A stretch of DNA of 64,000 nucleotides. It comes from an uncultured bacterium. GTDB taxonomy: Bacteria; Krumholzibacteriota; Krumholzibacteriia; Krumholzibacteriales; Krumholzibacteriaceae. The stretch lies in contig CAWFAD010000011.1 of the NCBI GenBank assembly GCA_963813815.1, positions 160,001 to 224,000 of the forward strand, in the 5' to 3' direction. A program made the position numbers and the translations under genes. This document shows, one piece after another, positions 1 through 10,948 of the stretch; positions within the stretch are counted from its first letter, which is position 1; the number at the start of each line of letters is the position of its first letter. Below the pieces are notes generated by a model. The model was given only the letters and a program-made list of their open reading frames with translations. It was not told the origin of the DNA and made no database searches.

Positions 1-804
1 CGCCTGCGCTGCGTGCGCATCGCCAACCCCCTGACCGAGGCGCAGTCGGCGATGCGAACGAGCCTCCTGCCGGGGCTCCTCGACGTGCTGAAGCGAAACA
101 CCCCCGCCGAGACCGAGGAAATCCGGATGTTCGAAACGGGGAAAGTGTTCATACCCTCTCCGGACGGCGAAGGGTTGCCTCGCGAGGATGTTCGCTGCAC
201 GGCGCTCCTCGCCCGGCAGGCGGTGCCGCTCCAATGGATGGAACGACAGCGGCAATGCGAGTTCTCGGACGCGAAGGGGGAGATCGAAACGCTCTTCGAG
301 AGATTCGGCCTCGGCGGGAGCGTTTCCGGAATGGAGATCGGGGGGGCGTGGGGACGCGGCATCCGCTGGCTCCGCGGGGGAAAGCCGTTCGCGGAGGCAT
401 TCGCCCTCGCGAAGGGGGTTCTCGACGCATTCGACGTCGACGGCCCCGTGTTCTGCTTCGATCTGCTCGTCGGAGGGCTTCCGGCGCTCGCGCAATGGCC
501 TCTCATGCGGCCCGTGAGCCCCTATCCGGCGGTCAAGCGAGATCTGTGCATCGTCGTCGATGATCGCGTCCGCTTCGCGGAAGTGCGGGATATCATGACG
601 TCCGAGGCGCATTTCCTTGATTCGTTGCGCCTGTTCGATTACTATCGGGGCGGCCACCTCGGCGAGGGGAAACGGAGCTTCACCTTCAGGGTCAGCTTCC
701 GCTCGCAGGAGGAAACGCTCGACAGTCTGGCGGTCGACCGCGAGGTGCAGCGAATCCTGGCGGCGCTCCAGCGGGAGCTCGGGGCGACACTGAGAACGGA
801 ATAG
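1..804 (+). CDS. pheT: Phenylalanine-tRNA ligase beta subunit, C-terminal part (5'-truncated by window)
   Basis: ANPL..QSAMRTSLLPGLL, FETGKVF and PYPAVKRDL...DYYRG anticodon-binding domain motifs. Confidence 0.95.
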   Translation, partial: RLRCVRIANPLTEAQSAMRTSLLPGLLDVLKRNTPAETEEIRMFETGKVFIPSPDGEGLPREDVRCTALLARQAVPLQWMERQRQCEFSDAKGEIETLFERFGLGGSVSGMEIGGAWGRGIRWLRGGKPFAEAFALAKGVLDAFDVDGPVFCFDLLVGGLPALAQWPLMRPVSPYPAVKRDLCIVVDDRVRFAEVRDIMTSEAHFLDSLRLFDYYRGGHLGEGKRSFTFRVSFRSQEETLDSLAVDREVQRILAALQRELGATLRTE

Positions 805-818
805 CGGAGGAGGCGCGC

Positions 819-1103
819 ATGGCTACCAGCGGCATCATCAACCTGGACGCCCTCGAGGAGAAAATCAACAAGGCGGCCGAAAGTATCGCCCGGCTGAGGG
901 CCGAGAAATCGGAGCTCGAACGCAGCAATAAGGAGTTGAAAGAAAAATTCGATTCGTTGTATATTAGAAACGAGCAGTTGTTGACGGAAATCGAACATGT
1001 GCGGGCCGAAGGGCAGCGCACCGGAGATTTCGAGAAAACGAGAGAGGAGATTAAAGGTAAGGTTGAGGAGATGCTGGCGAAGCTGGATCAGCTCGACGTC
1101 TGA
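819..1103 (+). CDS. zapB: ZapB-like coiled-coil cell division protein
   Basis: 94 aa all coiled-coil (LDALEEKINKAAESIARLRAEK), between pheT and zapA; GGAGG RBS. Confidence 0.7.
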   Translation: MATSGIINLDALEEKINKAAESIARLRAEKSELERSNKELKEKFDSLYIRNEQLLTEIEHVRAEGQRTGDFEKTREEIKGKVEEMLAKLDQLDV

Positions 1104-1178
1104 TCGCGCCGGCAGCGGAGGCTGATAGAGGGGCGGGGAGAGTGAATCCGTTGTGCGTCGATCCGGGAAGGTTGCCGA

Positions 1179-1475
1179 ATGACCGAAAGAAACACTGAAA
1201 AAGTGGAAATTTTTGGTCAGGAGTATAAGATCAAGGGTGTTGGCAACCCCCAGTATATACAGCAGATAGCTGGGTATGTCGACAAGAAAATGAGGGAAAT
1301 AGCCCATTCGAGCGGCATTATGTCGCAATCGCGCATAGCCATATTGGCTGCTCTCAATATCACGGACGAGCTCTACCAGGAGCGCGACGAACGCGAGCGC
1401 GCCAAGGCTGAGTTCGAAGGAAAGGCCGCACGGCTGGGCGAGCTTCTCGACAGCGAGATCGACGTAGAGCGCTGA
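1179..1475 (+). CDS. zapA: Cell division protein ZapA
   Basis: VEIFGQEYKI...IAGYVDKKM...IAILAALNITDEL family pattern. Confidence 0.9.
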   Translation: MTERNTEKVEIFGQEYKIKGVGNPQYIQQIAGYVDKKMREIAHSSGIMSQSRIAILAALNITDELYQERDERERAKAEFEGKAARLGELLDSEIDVER

Positions 1476-1550
1476 TTTCTCCCCGCGAACGGGTGTTGGC
1501 AGCGCAGCATGCGGGGAACAGCGGTATGAGCGTTGAACGGACACAGTGTT

Positions 1551-1734
1551 ATTCCCTACCGTGTTCGTGATGGAGAAGCGGATTATTGAGCCAACACCTT
1601 TAGCCCGGAAGTCTTATATTCGGCCGCCGATGCCATGCCCGGCCTCGCCGGGACCGCAGAATCGGTCGTGCGGACATCCACCTTGCAGAAAGGGCTTCAA
1701 AAGGTGCTTCGCCACACGGCATAGCGTGGGGAAT
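1551..1734 (+). ncRNA. ssrS: 6S RNA
   Basis: 5' ATTCCCTACCGTGTTCG pairs with 3' CGGCATAGCGTGGGGAAT; 6S-like blocks TGTTCG, TGAGCC, CATGCCCGG, ACATCCACCTTG, GGGCTTCAA; typical position after zapA. Confidence 0.88.
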
Positions 1735-1872
1735 TTTATTTAGCCCTCTACCCCGCGGCATCTCCCGCCCCGGAAGCATTTTCGAGCATTTTTCAACGCG
1801 TAACCATGCGGCGCGCGGCCATGCCGTGCAGGCGCGGAGGTGAGGAGCCCGGCGTCGATCCGGGCGGAGACC

Positions 1873-3444
1873 ATGGCACAGGCAGAACTTTTCGTCATCA
1901 TTCCGGTCGGGATCATCATCCTCATCGTGGGAAGCATCCTCGGCTGGTTCATGAACAAGAAGGTTTCGGAGACGCATCTCAAGCACACGCGAAAGCTCGC
2001 CGAGAACATCATCGCGGAGGCTCAGAGGGAAGCGGAGACGCAGAAGAAGGCGGCGATCCTCGAGGCGAAGGACGAGTGGTACCAGGCGAAGCTTCGCTTC
2101 GAGAAGGAGACGCAGGAGGGCCGCCAGGAGATCAAGAAACAGGAGCGCCGCATAGAGGAAAAGGAGCAGAACGTCAACCGCAAGGTCGATTTTCTCGACA
2201 AGCGCGAGCAGGAGCTCGGCGACCGGCAGCGGTCGCTCGACGAGAAGCTTCGAGGTGTGGCCGAGCGCAACGAGGAGCTTTCCCGGACGCTGCAGCTCCA
2301 GAACGAAAAGCTCGAGAGGATCGCCGGCATGAGCCGCGACGACGCCAAGAAGCTCCTCATCACGAATCTCGAGAACGAGGCCCGGCACGAGGCGGCGAAG
2401 CGGGTCCGCGACATTCGCGACGAGGCCGAACGCAACGCCGTCAAGGAGAGCCGCGAGATTCTCACGCTGGCGATCGAACGGTGCGCGGCCGATCACGTCG
2501 TCGAATCGACCGTGTCGGTCGTGGACCTGCCGAGCGAAGAGATGAAGGGCCGCATCATCGGCCGCGAGGGTCGGAACATCCGCGCCTTCGAGAACGCCAC
2601 GGGAATCGACGTGATCATCGACGATACGCCCGAGGCGGTCATTCTTTCCGGGTTCGATCCGGTCCGGCGCGAGGTCGCGCGGCTCAGTCTCGAAAAGCTC
2701 GTCAAGGACGGCAGGATCCATCCGGGCCGCATCGAGGAAATCGTCGAAAAGACGCGTAAGGAGCTTCTCGACGAGATTCGCGAGATCGGCGAGCAGACCT
2801 GCCTCGAGCTCAACATTCACGGCCTCCACGCGGAGCTCGTGAAGCTGCTCGGCAGGCTGAAGTACCGCACCTCGTACGGTCAGAACGTGCTGCAGCACTC
2901 GAAGGAAGTCGCGTTTCTCTCGAGCCTGCTCGCCGGGGAGCTCGGGGCCGATCCGGCTCTGGCGCGGCGCGCCGGCCTCCTCCACGACATCGGAAAGGCG
3001 ACCGATCACGAGATGGAAGGGCCGCACGCGCTCATCGGCGGCGAGCTCGCGAAGCGGTACGGGGAGGGAGAAAAGATCGTGAACGCGATCGCGGCGCACC
3101 ACGAGGACGTCGAATCGACGTCGATGATGACGCACCTCGTTTCGGCGGCGGACGCCATTTCCGGGGCCCGTCCGGGCGCGCGACGGGAGACCCTCGAGAA
3201 CTACATCCGGCGGCTCGAGAAGCTCGAGAAGATCGCCGACGCCTTCGACGCCGTCGAGAAGTCGTACGCGATCCAGGCGGGCCGCGAAATCCGGATCCTC
3301 GTCAACTTCAAGAAGGTGGACGACGCGCAGGCCGCGGATCTCTGCTCCGAGATCGCCCGAAAGATCGAAGGGGGCATGGAGTATCCCGGCCAGATCAAGG
3401 TCATCGTCATTCGGGAAACGCGGGCGGTCGATTACGCGCGCTGA
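1873..3444 (+). CDS. rny: Ribonuclease Y
   Basis: N-terminal TM, coiled coil, KH ([13 protein letters not shown]), HD (LLHDIGK). Confidence 0.97.
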   Translation: MAQAELFVIIPVGIIILIVGSILGWFMNKKVSETHLKHTRKLAENIIAEAQREAETQKKAAILEAKDEWYQAKLRFEKETQEGRQEIKKQERRIEEKEQNVNRKVDFLDKREQELGDRQRSLDEKLRGVAERNEELSRTLQLQNEKLERIAGMSRDDAKKLLITNLENEARHEAAKRVRDIRDEAERNAVKESREILTLAIERCAADHVVESTVSVVDLPSEEMKGRIIGREGRNIRAFENATGIDVIIDDTPEAVILSGFDPVRREVARLSLEKLVKDGRIHPGRIEEIVEKTRKELLDEIREIGEQTCLELNIHGLHAELVKLLGRLKYRTSYGQNVLQHSKEVAFLSSLLAGELGADPALARRAGLLHDIGKATDHEMEGPHALIGGELAKRYGEGEKIVNAIAAHHEDVESTSMMTHLVSAADAISGARPGARRETLENYIRRLEKLEKIADAFDAVEKSYAIQAGREIRILVNFKKVDDAQAADLCSEIARKIEGGMEYPGQIKVIVIRETRAVDYAR

Positions 3445-3478
3445 CGGAGGCGCGGCGGTCGGGAGTTGAAACGCGGCG

Positions 3479-4276
3479 ATGCGCGTGCTGTTTCTCGGCG
3501 ATATCATAGCGAAAACGGGACGACGGGCCCTGCAGTCGACCCTCCCCGGGCTGCGCCGGCGCCTCGGCGTCGATCTCTGCGTGGCGAACGTGGAGAACGC
3601 GGCGGGGATCTTCGGCGTCACCGAACGCGTCGTGATCGATATCGTCGCCTCGGGCGTCGATGTCATGACGAGCGGGAACCACGTCTGGGACAAGCGCGAA
3701 GGGGTCGAACTTCTCGACTCGAGAACCGATCTCCTCCGTCCGGCCAACTATCCGCCCGGCGTCGCGGGCAGGGGAATCGTCGTGCGGGAAACTCCGCTCG
3801 GCCACGTCGCAGTCATGAATCTCCAGGGGCGCACCTTCATGGGCGCGATCGATTGTCCGTTCCGCGCCGCCGACGGGCTGCTGGCGGAGATTCCGTCATC
3901 GGTGCGGGTGATCTTGGTCGATTTTCACGCCGAGGCGACGAGCGAGAAGCAGGCCCTCGGGCGATACCTCGACGGACGGGTGAGCGCGGTTATCGGAACG
4001 CATACGCACGTGCAGACGGCCGACGAGCGCATCCTGCCCCGCGGCACGGCGTTCATCACCGACGCCGGCATGGTCGGTCCGATCGACTCGATCATCGGCG
4101 TGCGCAAGGAGCAGGTGATCGAGAAGTTTCTCAAGGGCATCCCCGTGAGATTCGAGGTGGCCGGGGGCACGTCGAACGTCGACGGCTGTCTCGTCGACGT
4201 CGACGAGCAGACCGGACGCGCGCGCTCCATAGAGCGCGTGCGGGAGCGCGTTGAGTCGACCGAGGGGGAATCATGA
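3479..4276 (+). CDS. ymdB: YmdB/TIGR00282 family metallophosphoesterase
   Basis: LFLGDI, NVEN, TSGNH, DFHAEATSEK, GTHTHV motifs; follows rny. Confidence 0.93.
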   Translation: MRVLFLGDIIAKTGRRALQSTLPGLRRRLGVDLCVANVENAAGIFGVTERVVIDIVASGVDVMTSGNHVWDKREGVELLDSRTDLLRPANYPPGVAGRGIVVRETPLGHVAVMNLQGRTFMGAIDCPFRAADGLLAEIPSSVRVILVDFHAEATSEKQALGRYLDGRVSAVIGTHTHVQTADERILPRGTAFITDAGMVGPIDSIIGVRKEQVIEKFLKGIPVRFEVAGGTSNVDGCLVDVDEQTGRARSIERVRERVESTEGES

Positions 4277-5190
4277 GCGAGGAGCGGGGCGTCCTCATCG
4301 ACGGCAAGGCCGTCGCGCAGCGGATACTCGCCGAGGTGGCGGCCGCCGTGGCGCGATTCAGCGCCGGCCGGCGCGGGCCGCATCTCGCCGTCGTCATCGT
4401 CGGCGAGAACCCGGCCTCGCAGTCGTACGTGAAGGGCAAGGTGGGGGCCGCCGCCCGGTGCGGGATCGAAGCGAGCCTCATAGAGATGGCCGCGAGCGCG
4501 AGCGAGGAGGCGCTTCTCGCCCGGATCGATCGGCTGAACGCGGACGACCGCGTCGACGGCATACTCGTGCAGCTTCCCCTTCCCGATCATATCGATCAGC
4601 AACTCGTCATCGAGCGTATTTCGCCCTCGAAGGATGTCGACGGGTTTCACCCCTACAACCTTGGGCGCCTCGCCGCGGATCGCCCCCGCTTCGTCGCCTG
4701 CACGCCCCTCGGAATCGTCGAGCTGCTCGATCGGTGCGGCGTGAGAACGGAGGGCGCGCGGGCCGTCGTCATCGGCAGAAGCGTCATCGTGGGCAAGCCG
4801 CTCGCGTTGCTGCTCTCGAGGAAACACGCGGGAGGAAACGCGACCGTGACGCTCTGTCATTCGCAATCGACCGGTCTCGCCTCGATCTGCCGCGAGGCCG
4901 ACATCCTCGTCGCGGCCGTGGGAAGAGCGGGAGCGGTCACCGTGGACATGGTCAAGGACGGCGCCGTCGTCATCGACGTCGGCGTCAACCGGGTAGCCGA
5001 CCCCGGCTCCCCGAAAGGGTACCGGCTCCGCGGCGACGTCGATTTCGAGGCGGTGCGGCCGCGCGCTTCGCTCATCACGCCCGTTCCCGGCGGCGTGGGC
5101 CCCATGACCGTCACGATGCTCATGCGCAACACCCTCCAGGCCGCCGAGTGGGCGCGCGGAGCGCAGCATGAAGGAAACTCCGGAGCATGA
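4273..5190 (+). CDS. folD: Methylenetetrahydrofolate dehydrogenase/cyclohydrolase
   Basis: SQSYVKGK, KDVDGFHP, GRSVIVGKP, TPVPGGVGPMT. Confidence 0.97.
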   Translation: MSEERGVLIDGKAVAQRILAEVAAAVARFSAGRRGPHLAVVIVGENPASQSYVKGKVGAAARCGIEASLIEMAASASEEALLARIDRLNADDRVDGILVQLPLPDHIDQQLVIERISPSKDVDGFHPYNLGRLAADRPRFVACTPLGIVELLDRCGVRTEGARAVVIGRSVIVGKPLALLLSRKHAGGNATVTLCHSQSTGLASICREADILVAAVGRAGAVTVDMVKDGAVVIDVGVNRVADPGSPKGYRLRGDVDFEAVRPRASLITPVPGGVGPMTVTMLMRNTLQAAEWARGAQHEGNSGA

Positions 5191-6625
5191 CGCGCCGGCG
5201 CCGTCCGCGCGCGGTTGCTACACGGTAACAGAGGTCGCCGAGGCCATCCGGCAGCACCTCGAGACCGAATTCCCCGACATCAGCGTGCTCGGCGAAGTGG
5301 CGAACTGCAAGGTTCACCAGTCCGGCCACGTGTATTTCACCCTACGCGACGGCGAGAGCATGCTGGCCGCCGCTCTCTTCCGGCGCGCGGCCTCGCGCGT
5401 CGCGGTCCAGCCCGAGAACGGAATGTCAGTGGTCGCCACGGGGCGTCTCTCGCATTTCGGGGGCGCCGGCCGCACGCAGATCATCGTGAGGGAGATCGCG
5501 GCCGCCGGAAGGGGAGGGATGGAGATGGCCTTCCGGGAGCTCCTCGAGCGGCTTCGGGCCGAGGGGCTCACGGCGGAAGAGCGGAAGCGCGAACTGCCGG
5601 CGTATCCGCGCTCGATAGCCGTCATCACGTCGCCGACGGGGGCCGTTATCAGGGACGTCCTCGACACGTTGCGCCGCCGCTGGCCGGTCGCGGAGATCGT
5701 GCACGTTCCCGTTGAGGTGCAGGGACCGTCCGCCGCGCGTTTGATCGTGCGCGCCTTCCGGCTCTGCGACGGGATGGAGCGCCTCGATGCCGTTATACTC
5801 GCGCGCGGGGGAGGTTCGGCGGAGGATCTCTGGACCTTCAACCTCGAAAGCGTGGCGCGGGCCGTCGCCGCCTCGCGGCATCCCGTCGTCACGGGGATCG
5901 GACACGAGATCGACACGACGATCTGCGATTACGTTTCCGACCTGCGCGCGGCGACGCCGACAGCCGCGGCCGAGCTCGTCGCGCCGCGTATCGAGGACGT
6001 GCGGCGCGGGCTCGAGGAGGCCCTTCGCGGGATCGCGCGACGGGCGGACGAAGGCTTGGAGAACAGGGGGCGGCTCGTCGAGTACCTCTTGAGAAGCGGC
6101 GCCCTCGCCGCGATCGCGCACCGCATGGAGCGGGCCGAGGCGGCCGTCGACGAGAGCGCCGAGCGGATCGCGGATCTGTGGCGCGAGCTCGTCGCCGGCC
6201 GCCGCGCGGAAGCGGTCTCGGTGGAAGGGGGGCTGGCCCTCGCGCTGGAGCGCGCCGTCGCGCGGGCCGGATCCCGGCGTCTCGAGGCCGCGCTCGCGCT
6301 CGCGGCGTGCAACCCGCGGATGCGGCTCGAGAGCGCGGGAAATTCACTCCACCAGATCGAACGGCTCCTGCGGTCGCGCGTGCAATCGCGGATATCGGAA
6401 GGTCGAGCCCGCTCGAGCGGGCTCGTGGGGACGCTCGGCGGTCTCGATCCGAGGAGCGTCCTCAAACGCGGCTACGCGTACTGCACGACGCCGGATGGGA
6501 GCCGTGTCGTCGCCCGGGCCGCGCGCCTGTCCAGCGGAGATGATCTGCTCGTGCAATTCATCGACGGGGGAGCCCGATGCCGGGTCGAGGAGAAGCGGAA
6601 AGGAAGGCCATGGCGAAAAAAATGA
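5168..6625 (+). CDS. xseA: Exodeoxyribonuclease VII large subunit
   Basis: SGHVYFTL, ITSPTGAVIRD, RGGGSAEDL, GIGHEID, TPTAAAE. Confidence 0.95.
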   Translation: MKETPEHDAPAPSARGCYTVTEVAEAIRQHLETEFPDISVLGEVANCKVHQSGHVYFTLRDGESMLAAALFRRAASRVAVQPENGMSVVATGRLSHFGGAGRTQIIVREIAAAGRGGMEMAFRELLERLRAEGLTAEERKRELPAYPRSIAVITSPTGAVIRDVLDTLRRRWPVAEIVHVPVEVQGPSAARLIVRAFRLCDGMERLDAVILARGGGSAEDLWTFNLESVARAVAASRHPVVTGIGHEIDTTICDYVSDLRAATPTAAAELVAPRIEDVRRGLEEALRGIARRADEGLENRGRLVEYLLRSGALAAIAHRMERAEAAVDESAERIADLWRELVAGRRAEAVSVEGGLALALERAVARAGSRRLEAALALAACNPRMRLESAGNSLHQIERLLRSRVQSRISEGRARSSGLVGTLGGLDPRSVLKRGYAYCTTPDGSRVVARAARLSSGDDLLVQFIDGGARCRVEEKRKGRPWRKK

Positions 6626-6834
6626 TGTTCGAGGACGCGATGCGGCGCCTGAACGAGATCGTGAAACGGCTCGAGGAGGGGGACGTCCCGCTCGAGGAGA
6701 GCATGACGCTCTACGAGGAGGGGATGCGGCTCGGCGCAGCGTGCCGCGGCATCCTCAAAAACGCGGAGCAGCGGATAACGCGCCTCACGAGGGAGATGGA
6801 GTCGGCGGACGCGGAGGAGGAGGGCTCGCGGTGA
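6610..6834 (+). CDS. xseB: Exodeoxyribonuclease VII small subunit
   Basis: FEDAMRRLNEIVKRLEEGDVPLEESMTLYEEG. Confidence 0.95.
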   Translation: MAKKMMFEDAMRRLNEIVKRLEEGDVPLEESMTLYEEGMRLGAACRGILKNAEQRITRLTREMESADAEEEGSR

Positions 6835-7718
6835 GCGGGAACGATTGGCCGCGGCTCCTCGAAGCCGATCGAAATCTCGTCGTCGCGCGGCTCGAAGAGC
6901 TTCTGCCTCCGGCGGCCGAGCGGCCGGAGAGCCTGCACGGCGCGATGCGCCACGCCGTGCTCGGAGGCGGAAAACGCCTTCGGGCGGTGCTTTGTCTCGC
7001 CGCCCATCGCATGTGGGGGGATCCCTTTCCGCGCTCCGCGCTCGACGCGGGCTGCGCGATCGAATGCCTCCACGCCTACACCCTCGTCCACGACGACCTG
7101 CCGGCCCTCGACGACGACGATCTGCGCCGAGGCCGGCCGACGTGCCACCGGGCGTTCGGCGAAGCGACCGCCATTCTCGCGGGCGATGCGCTGCAGGCCC
7201 GCTCCTTCGAAATTCTCGCGCGCTGCGGGGCGCCCGAGGATCGGATCGCGGAGGCTGTGGGGACGCTCGCGCGCGCGGCCGGGTCCCTGTTCCTCGTCGG
7301 GGGACAAACGGCCGACCTCGAGGGGGAGGGATCGGAGCCGACGGAGGAGCTCGTCGAGTTCATTCATCTCCGCAAAACCGCCGAGCTCATCGCCGCATCC
7401 CTTTCGATCGGGGCGGCCCTCGCCGGAGCCGGCGGGGAGGAGCGCCGGAGAATCCACGAAACCGGAAGGCTCGCCGGCCTCGCGTTCCAGATTGCCGACG
7501 ACGTGCTCGACGTCGTCGGGGAGGAAGGGATCGTGGGAAAAGGCTTGCGGAAGGATGCCGGAAGGAAGAAAATAACACATTCGGCCATTCATGGCGTGGA
7601 GCGCTCCCGCGCCGAGGCTCGGCGGCTCGCGGCGGATGCGGCGGCGCGGGCCGCGGCTCTCGGGGATCGCGGCTACGTCGGTTTTCTGTTTTCGTCTATG
7701 GCCGAGCGGAAATCGTGA
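6831..7718 (+). CDS. ispA: Farnesyl/geranyl diphosphate synthase
   Basis: GGKRLR, LVHDDLPALDDDDLRRG, FQIADDVLD; GTG start overlaps xseB stop. Confidence 0.93.
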   Translation: MSGNDWPRLLEADRNLVVARLEELLPPAAERPESLHGAMRHAVLGGGKRLRAVLCLAAHRMWGDPFPRSALDAGCAIECLHAYTLVHDDLPALDDDDLRRGRPTCHRAFGEATAILAGDALQARSFEILARCGAPEDRIAEAVGTLARAAGSLFLVGGQTADLEGEGSEPTEELVEFIHLRKTAELIAASLSIGAALAGAGGEERRRIHETGRLAGLAFQIADDVLDVVGEEGIVGKGLRKDAGRKKITHSAIHGVERSRAEARRLAADAAARAAALGDRGYVGFLFSSMAERKS

Positions 7719-7719
7719 C

Positions 7720-8157
7720 ATGCTGAAACAATACCTGTTTCGCCATATCGTGCTGGTCCCGGTGATTTGCGGTTTCTTAATCCAATGTCTAAAGGTATTG
7801 CTATATTCGATTGTATACAAAAGGGTTGCAATTTATAAATTCGTGCATCCGGACGGTTTGCCGAACCTGCATTCAGCTGTCTTCGCCGCGCTTTCGGTGA
7901 GCTTGGGCCTGAAATACGGCTTCTCATCGATCCTTTTTTCGTTCGTCGGCGTCATCAGCGTGATCGTCATTCACGATACGCTGAGGCTCAAGGGCGAAAA
8001 GGTGAAGCAGGCGAGCATACTGAAGAGAATCATAACGAGCGACGCGAGCTACCGCGACATCGCGGAGGGGGGCGGACGGCGGGCGTTGCGATTCACGCCG
8101 CTCGACGTGTTGTCGGGGGCCTTTCTCGGAGTGGCGGGAGCGTACGCGCTGCTTTAG
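7720..8157 (+). CDS. Divergent PAP2 / DUF212 (YuiD-like) membrane protein
   Basis: GLPNLHSA (cf. GMPSSHSA), LSGAFLG C-terminus; ispA-yuiD-dxs context. Confidence 0.7.
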   Translation: MLKQYLFRHIVLVPVICGFLIQCLKVLLYSIVYKRVAIYKFVHPDGLPNLHSAVFAALSVSLGLKYGFSSILFSFVGVISVIVIHDTLRLKGEKVKQASILKRIITSDASYRDIAEGGGRRALRFTPLDVLSGAFLGVAGAYALL

Positions 8158-8166
8158 CGCGAAACC

Positions 8167-10071
8167 ATGAGCCTGCTCGAGCGCATATCGTCCCCGGCGG
8201 ATCTCAAGAAGCTCTCGATAGAAGAGCTCGGGGATCTCGCCTGCGAGGTGCGGCAGTACATCATCGAGGTCGTTTCGATGCGCGGGGGGCACCTCGCCTC
8301 GAGCCTCGGCGCCGTCGAGATCGCGCTCGCGGTGCACTACGTCTTCGATTCGCCGCGGGATCGGATCCTTTGGGACGTCGGGCATCAGAGCTACGCGCAC
8401 AAGATCCTCACGGGGCGCCGCGAGGCGTTCCGGAACCTGCGGACGCAGGGCGGGATCAGCGGCTTTCCGAGCCCGGGCGAGAGCGACTACGACGCCTACG
8501 GCGTGGGCCACGCGAGCACGGCGATTTCGGCGGCCCTCGGCATCGCGGCCTCGCGCGACCTGCGCGGCGAGGATTTCTTTCTCGTGAGCGTCGTCGGCGA
8601 CGGGGCGCTCACGGGCGGGCTTTCCTTCGAGGGGATCAATCAGGCCGGCCATCTCAAAAAGAACCGGTTCATCATCATCCTGAACGACAACGAAATGTCC
8701 ATTTCGCGGAACGTCGGCGCCCTCGCCCGCTACCTCACGAAGATAACGACGAAAAAGGTCTACCTGCAGTTCGAGGCCGACGTGTGGGAGCTCTTGGGCC
8801 GCATTCCGAACGTGGGGGGCAAGGCGCGGCGCGTCGCGCGGCGCATGAAGGAGAGCATCAAGAACCTCGTCGTGCCGACGATTCTCTTTGAGGAGCTCGG
8901 TTTCCGCTATTTCGGGCCGCTCGACGGCCACGACGTCGGCCATCTCGTCGGAGCGCTCTCCCAGATACGGGAGGTGCCGGGCCCCGTTCTGCTGCACGTG
9001 ATGACGAAGAAGGGCAAGGGGTACTGCTTCGCCGAGGAGAACGCCGAGAAATTTCATGGCGTCGGAAGCTTCCATACGGGGACGGGTGGCGCCCGGGGAG
9101 GATCGGCGAGGCCGACCTACAGCGACGTGTTCGGCGACTCGCTCGTCGAACTCGCTCGGCGCGACGAACGCGTCGTGGCGATCACGGCCGCGATGACGGA
9201 GGGAACCGGCCTTGCCCCCTTCGCGCGCGCGTTCCCCGATCGATTCTTCGACGTCGGCATCGCGGAGCAGCATGCCGTGACCTTCGCCGCCGGGCTCGCG
9301 CGCGAGGGGTTCCGGCCCTTCGTCGCCATCTATTCGACGTTTCTCCAGCGCGCGTTCGACCAGCTCGTTCACGACGTCGCCCTCCAGCGCCTGCCGGTCC
9401 GCTTCGTGCTCGACCGCGCCGGCATCGTCGGCGAGGACGGACCCACGCACCACGGAGCCTTCGATCTCTCGTATCTCCGCTGCGTGCCGAATATGATCAT
9501 CATGGCGCCGCGGGACGGCGAGGATCTGCGGGCGATGATCGCGGTCGCCCGCGAGTACGACGAAGGCCCCGTCGCGATCCGCTTTCCGCGCGGGGCGATT
9601 CCCGCCATCGACGCGGGGGAGCCGCGCGCTTCCGTGACGATCGGCAGGGGCGAGCTTCTTCGGTCCGGAGGCGACGCGGTGATCGTCGCCCTCGGGTCGA
9701 TGGTGTATCCTTCGCTCGAGGCGGCCCGCTCGATCGCGCGCGAGGGGATCGAGGCCTCCGTGATCGACGCGCGATTCGCCAAGCCCCTCGACGCCGATCT
9801 CATCGCGGAAGCGACGGCCAGCGGCGCACCCGTCGTGATCGTCGAGGAGAACGCCTTGCCCGGCGGATTCGGGGAGAGCGTGATTGAAATGCTCGCCGCG
9901 CGCGGGCTCGGCAATCGGGTCGTTCCGGTTGGATTGCCCGATCGATTCGTGCCGCACGGCAAGCGCGACGAGCTCCTCGACCAGCTCGGCCTTTCGGCCG
10001 GCGGGCTCGCCGCGCGGATCGTCGGGCTCGTCGGCTCGCTCCCGCGGGGGACAACAGGAGGAGATCGATGA
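8167..10071 (+). CDS. dxs: 1-deoxy-D-xylulose-5-phosphate synthase
   Basis: GGHLASSLG, WDVGHQSYAHK, GDGALTGG, DVGIAEQHA, DRAGIVGEDGPTHH. Confidence 0.97.
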   Translation: MSLLERISSPADLKKLSIEELGDLACEVRQYIIEVVSMRGGHLASSLGAVEIALAVHYVFDSPRDRILWDVGHQSYAHKILTGRREAFRNLRTQGGISGFPSPGESDYDAYGVGHASTAISAALGIAASRDLRGEDFFLVSVVGDGALTGGLSFEGINQAGHLKKNRFIIILNDNEMSISRNVGALARYLTKITTKKVYLQFEADVWELLGRIPNVGGKARRVARRMKESIKNLVVPTILFEELGFRYFGPLDGHDVGHLVGALSQIREVPGPVLLHVMTKKGKGYCFAEENAEKFHGVGSFHTGTGGARGGSARPTYSDVFGDSLVELARRDERVVAITAAMTEGTGLAPFARAFPDRFFDVGIAEQHAVTFAAGLAREGFRPFVAIYSTFLQRAFDQLVHDVALQRLPVRFVLDRAGIVGEDGPTHHGAFDLSYLRCVPNMIIMAPRDGEDLRAMIAVAREYDEGPVAIRFPRGAIPAIDAGEPRASVTIGRGELLRSGGDAVIVALGSMVYPSLEAARSIAREGIEASVIDARFAKPLDADLIAEATASGAPVVIVEENALPGGFGESVIEMLAARGLGNRVVPVGLPDRFVPHGKRDELLDQLGLSAGGLAARIVGLVGSLPRGTTGGDR

Positions 10072-10931
10072 AGATCGCTGCGCTCGGGCTCGTCGTGAAC
10101 GTTCGGAAGCGGGAGATGAGGGAAGTCGTCGCGGCGGTGCTCGACGCCGTTCCGCGGGGAGTCGCCGTCCGGGCATTCGAGGAGGGCGCCGATCTCGCGG
10201 CCCCGGGGCGCGTGGAGCGCGTCTCGTCGCTCGGCGGATGCGACGCCGTTCTCGCGCTCGGGGGCGACGGGACGCTGCTCGTCGCGGCGCGCCTCGTCGC
10301 CGCGGAGGGCATTCCGGTCCTCGGCATCAAGGTCAGAAGTCTCGGTTTTCTCACCGAGGACGATCCGAAACGCGCCCTCGCGGAGCTCTTCGCCGGCCGG
10401 TACCGGATACAGGAGCGTATCCGCCTCGAGACGGTCGTCGAGCGCGAAGGCCGCGCCGCCGAGCGCTGGAGCGCCCTCAATGACGCCGTGGTGCACGGAG
10501 TCGGCGTTTCGCGGGTCGTCCAGCTGCGGACGACGATCGACGAGACGCTGCTCGGCGAGTATCTCGCCGACGGAGTCATCGTATCGACGCCCACGGGATC
10601 CACCGCCTATTCGCTGGCGGCCGGCGGGCCGATCGTCAACCCGACGACGCTCGAGGCATTCGTCATCACGCCGCTCTGTCCGCATTCGCTTTCGGTGCGG
10701 CCCGTGGTGGCGAGCGTGGCCGAGCGGATCTCGATAGAGATCGTGGAGGCGAGCCACGAAGCGCTGCTCACGATCGACGGGCAGCAATCGTGTCCGGTGC
10801 GAACAGGGGAGCGGATTGTCTGCCGCCGCGACGAGCATCCGACGAAGCTCATCGTGACGGAGGGCTACCGGTTCTACGACCTGGTTCGCCGCAAGCTGAA
10901 GTGGGGAGGGGTCCTGCGACAGGACCATTGA
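10068..10931 (+). CDS. nadK: NAD(+) kinase
   Basis: LGGDGTLL, ALND, DGVIVSTPTGSTAYSLAAGG. Confidence 0.96.
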   Translation: MKIAALGLVVNVRKREMREVVAAVLDAVPRGVAVRAFEEGADLAAPGRVERVSSLGGCDAVLALGGDGTLLVAARLVAAEGIPVLGIKVRSLGFLTEDDPKRALAELFAGRYRIQERIRLETVVEREGRAAERWSALNDAVVHGVGVSRVVQLRTTIDETLLGEYLADGVIVSTPTGSTAYSLAAGGPIVNPTTLEAFVITPLCPHSLSVRPVVASVAERISIEIVEASHEALLTIDGQQSCPVRTGERIVCRRDEHPTKLIVTEGYRFYDLVRRKLKWGGVLRQDH

Positions 10932-10948
10932 GCGGGGGAGGTGCGGGG

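Noticed and set aside
1546..1743. 65-aa ORF after zapA
   Set aside because: Coincides with the 6S RNA gene
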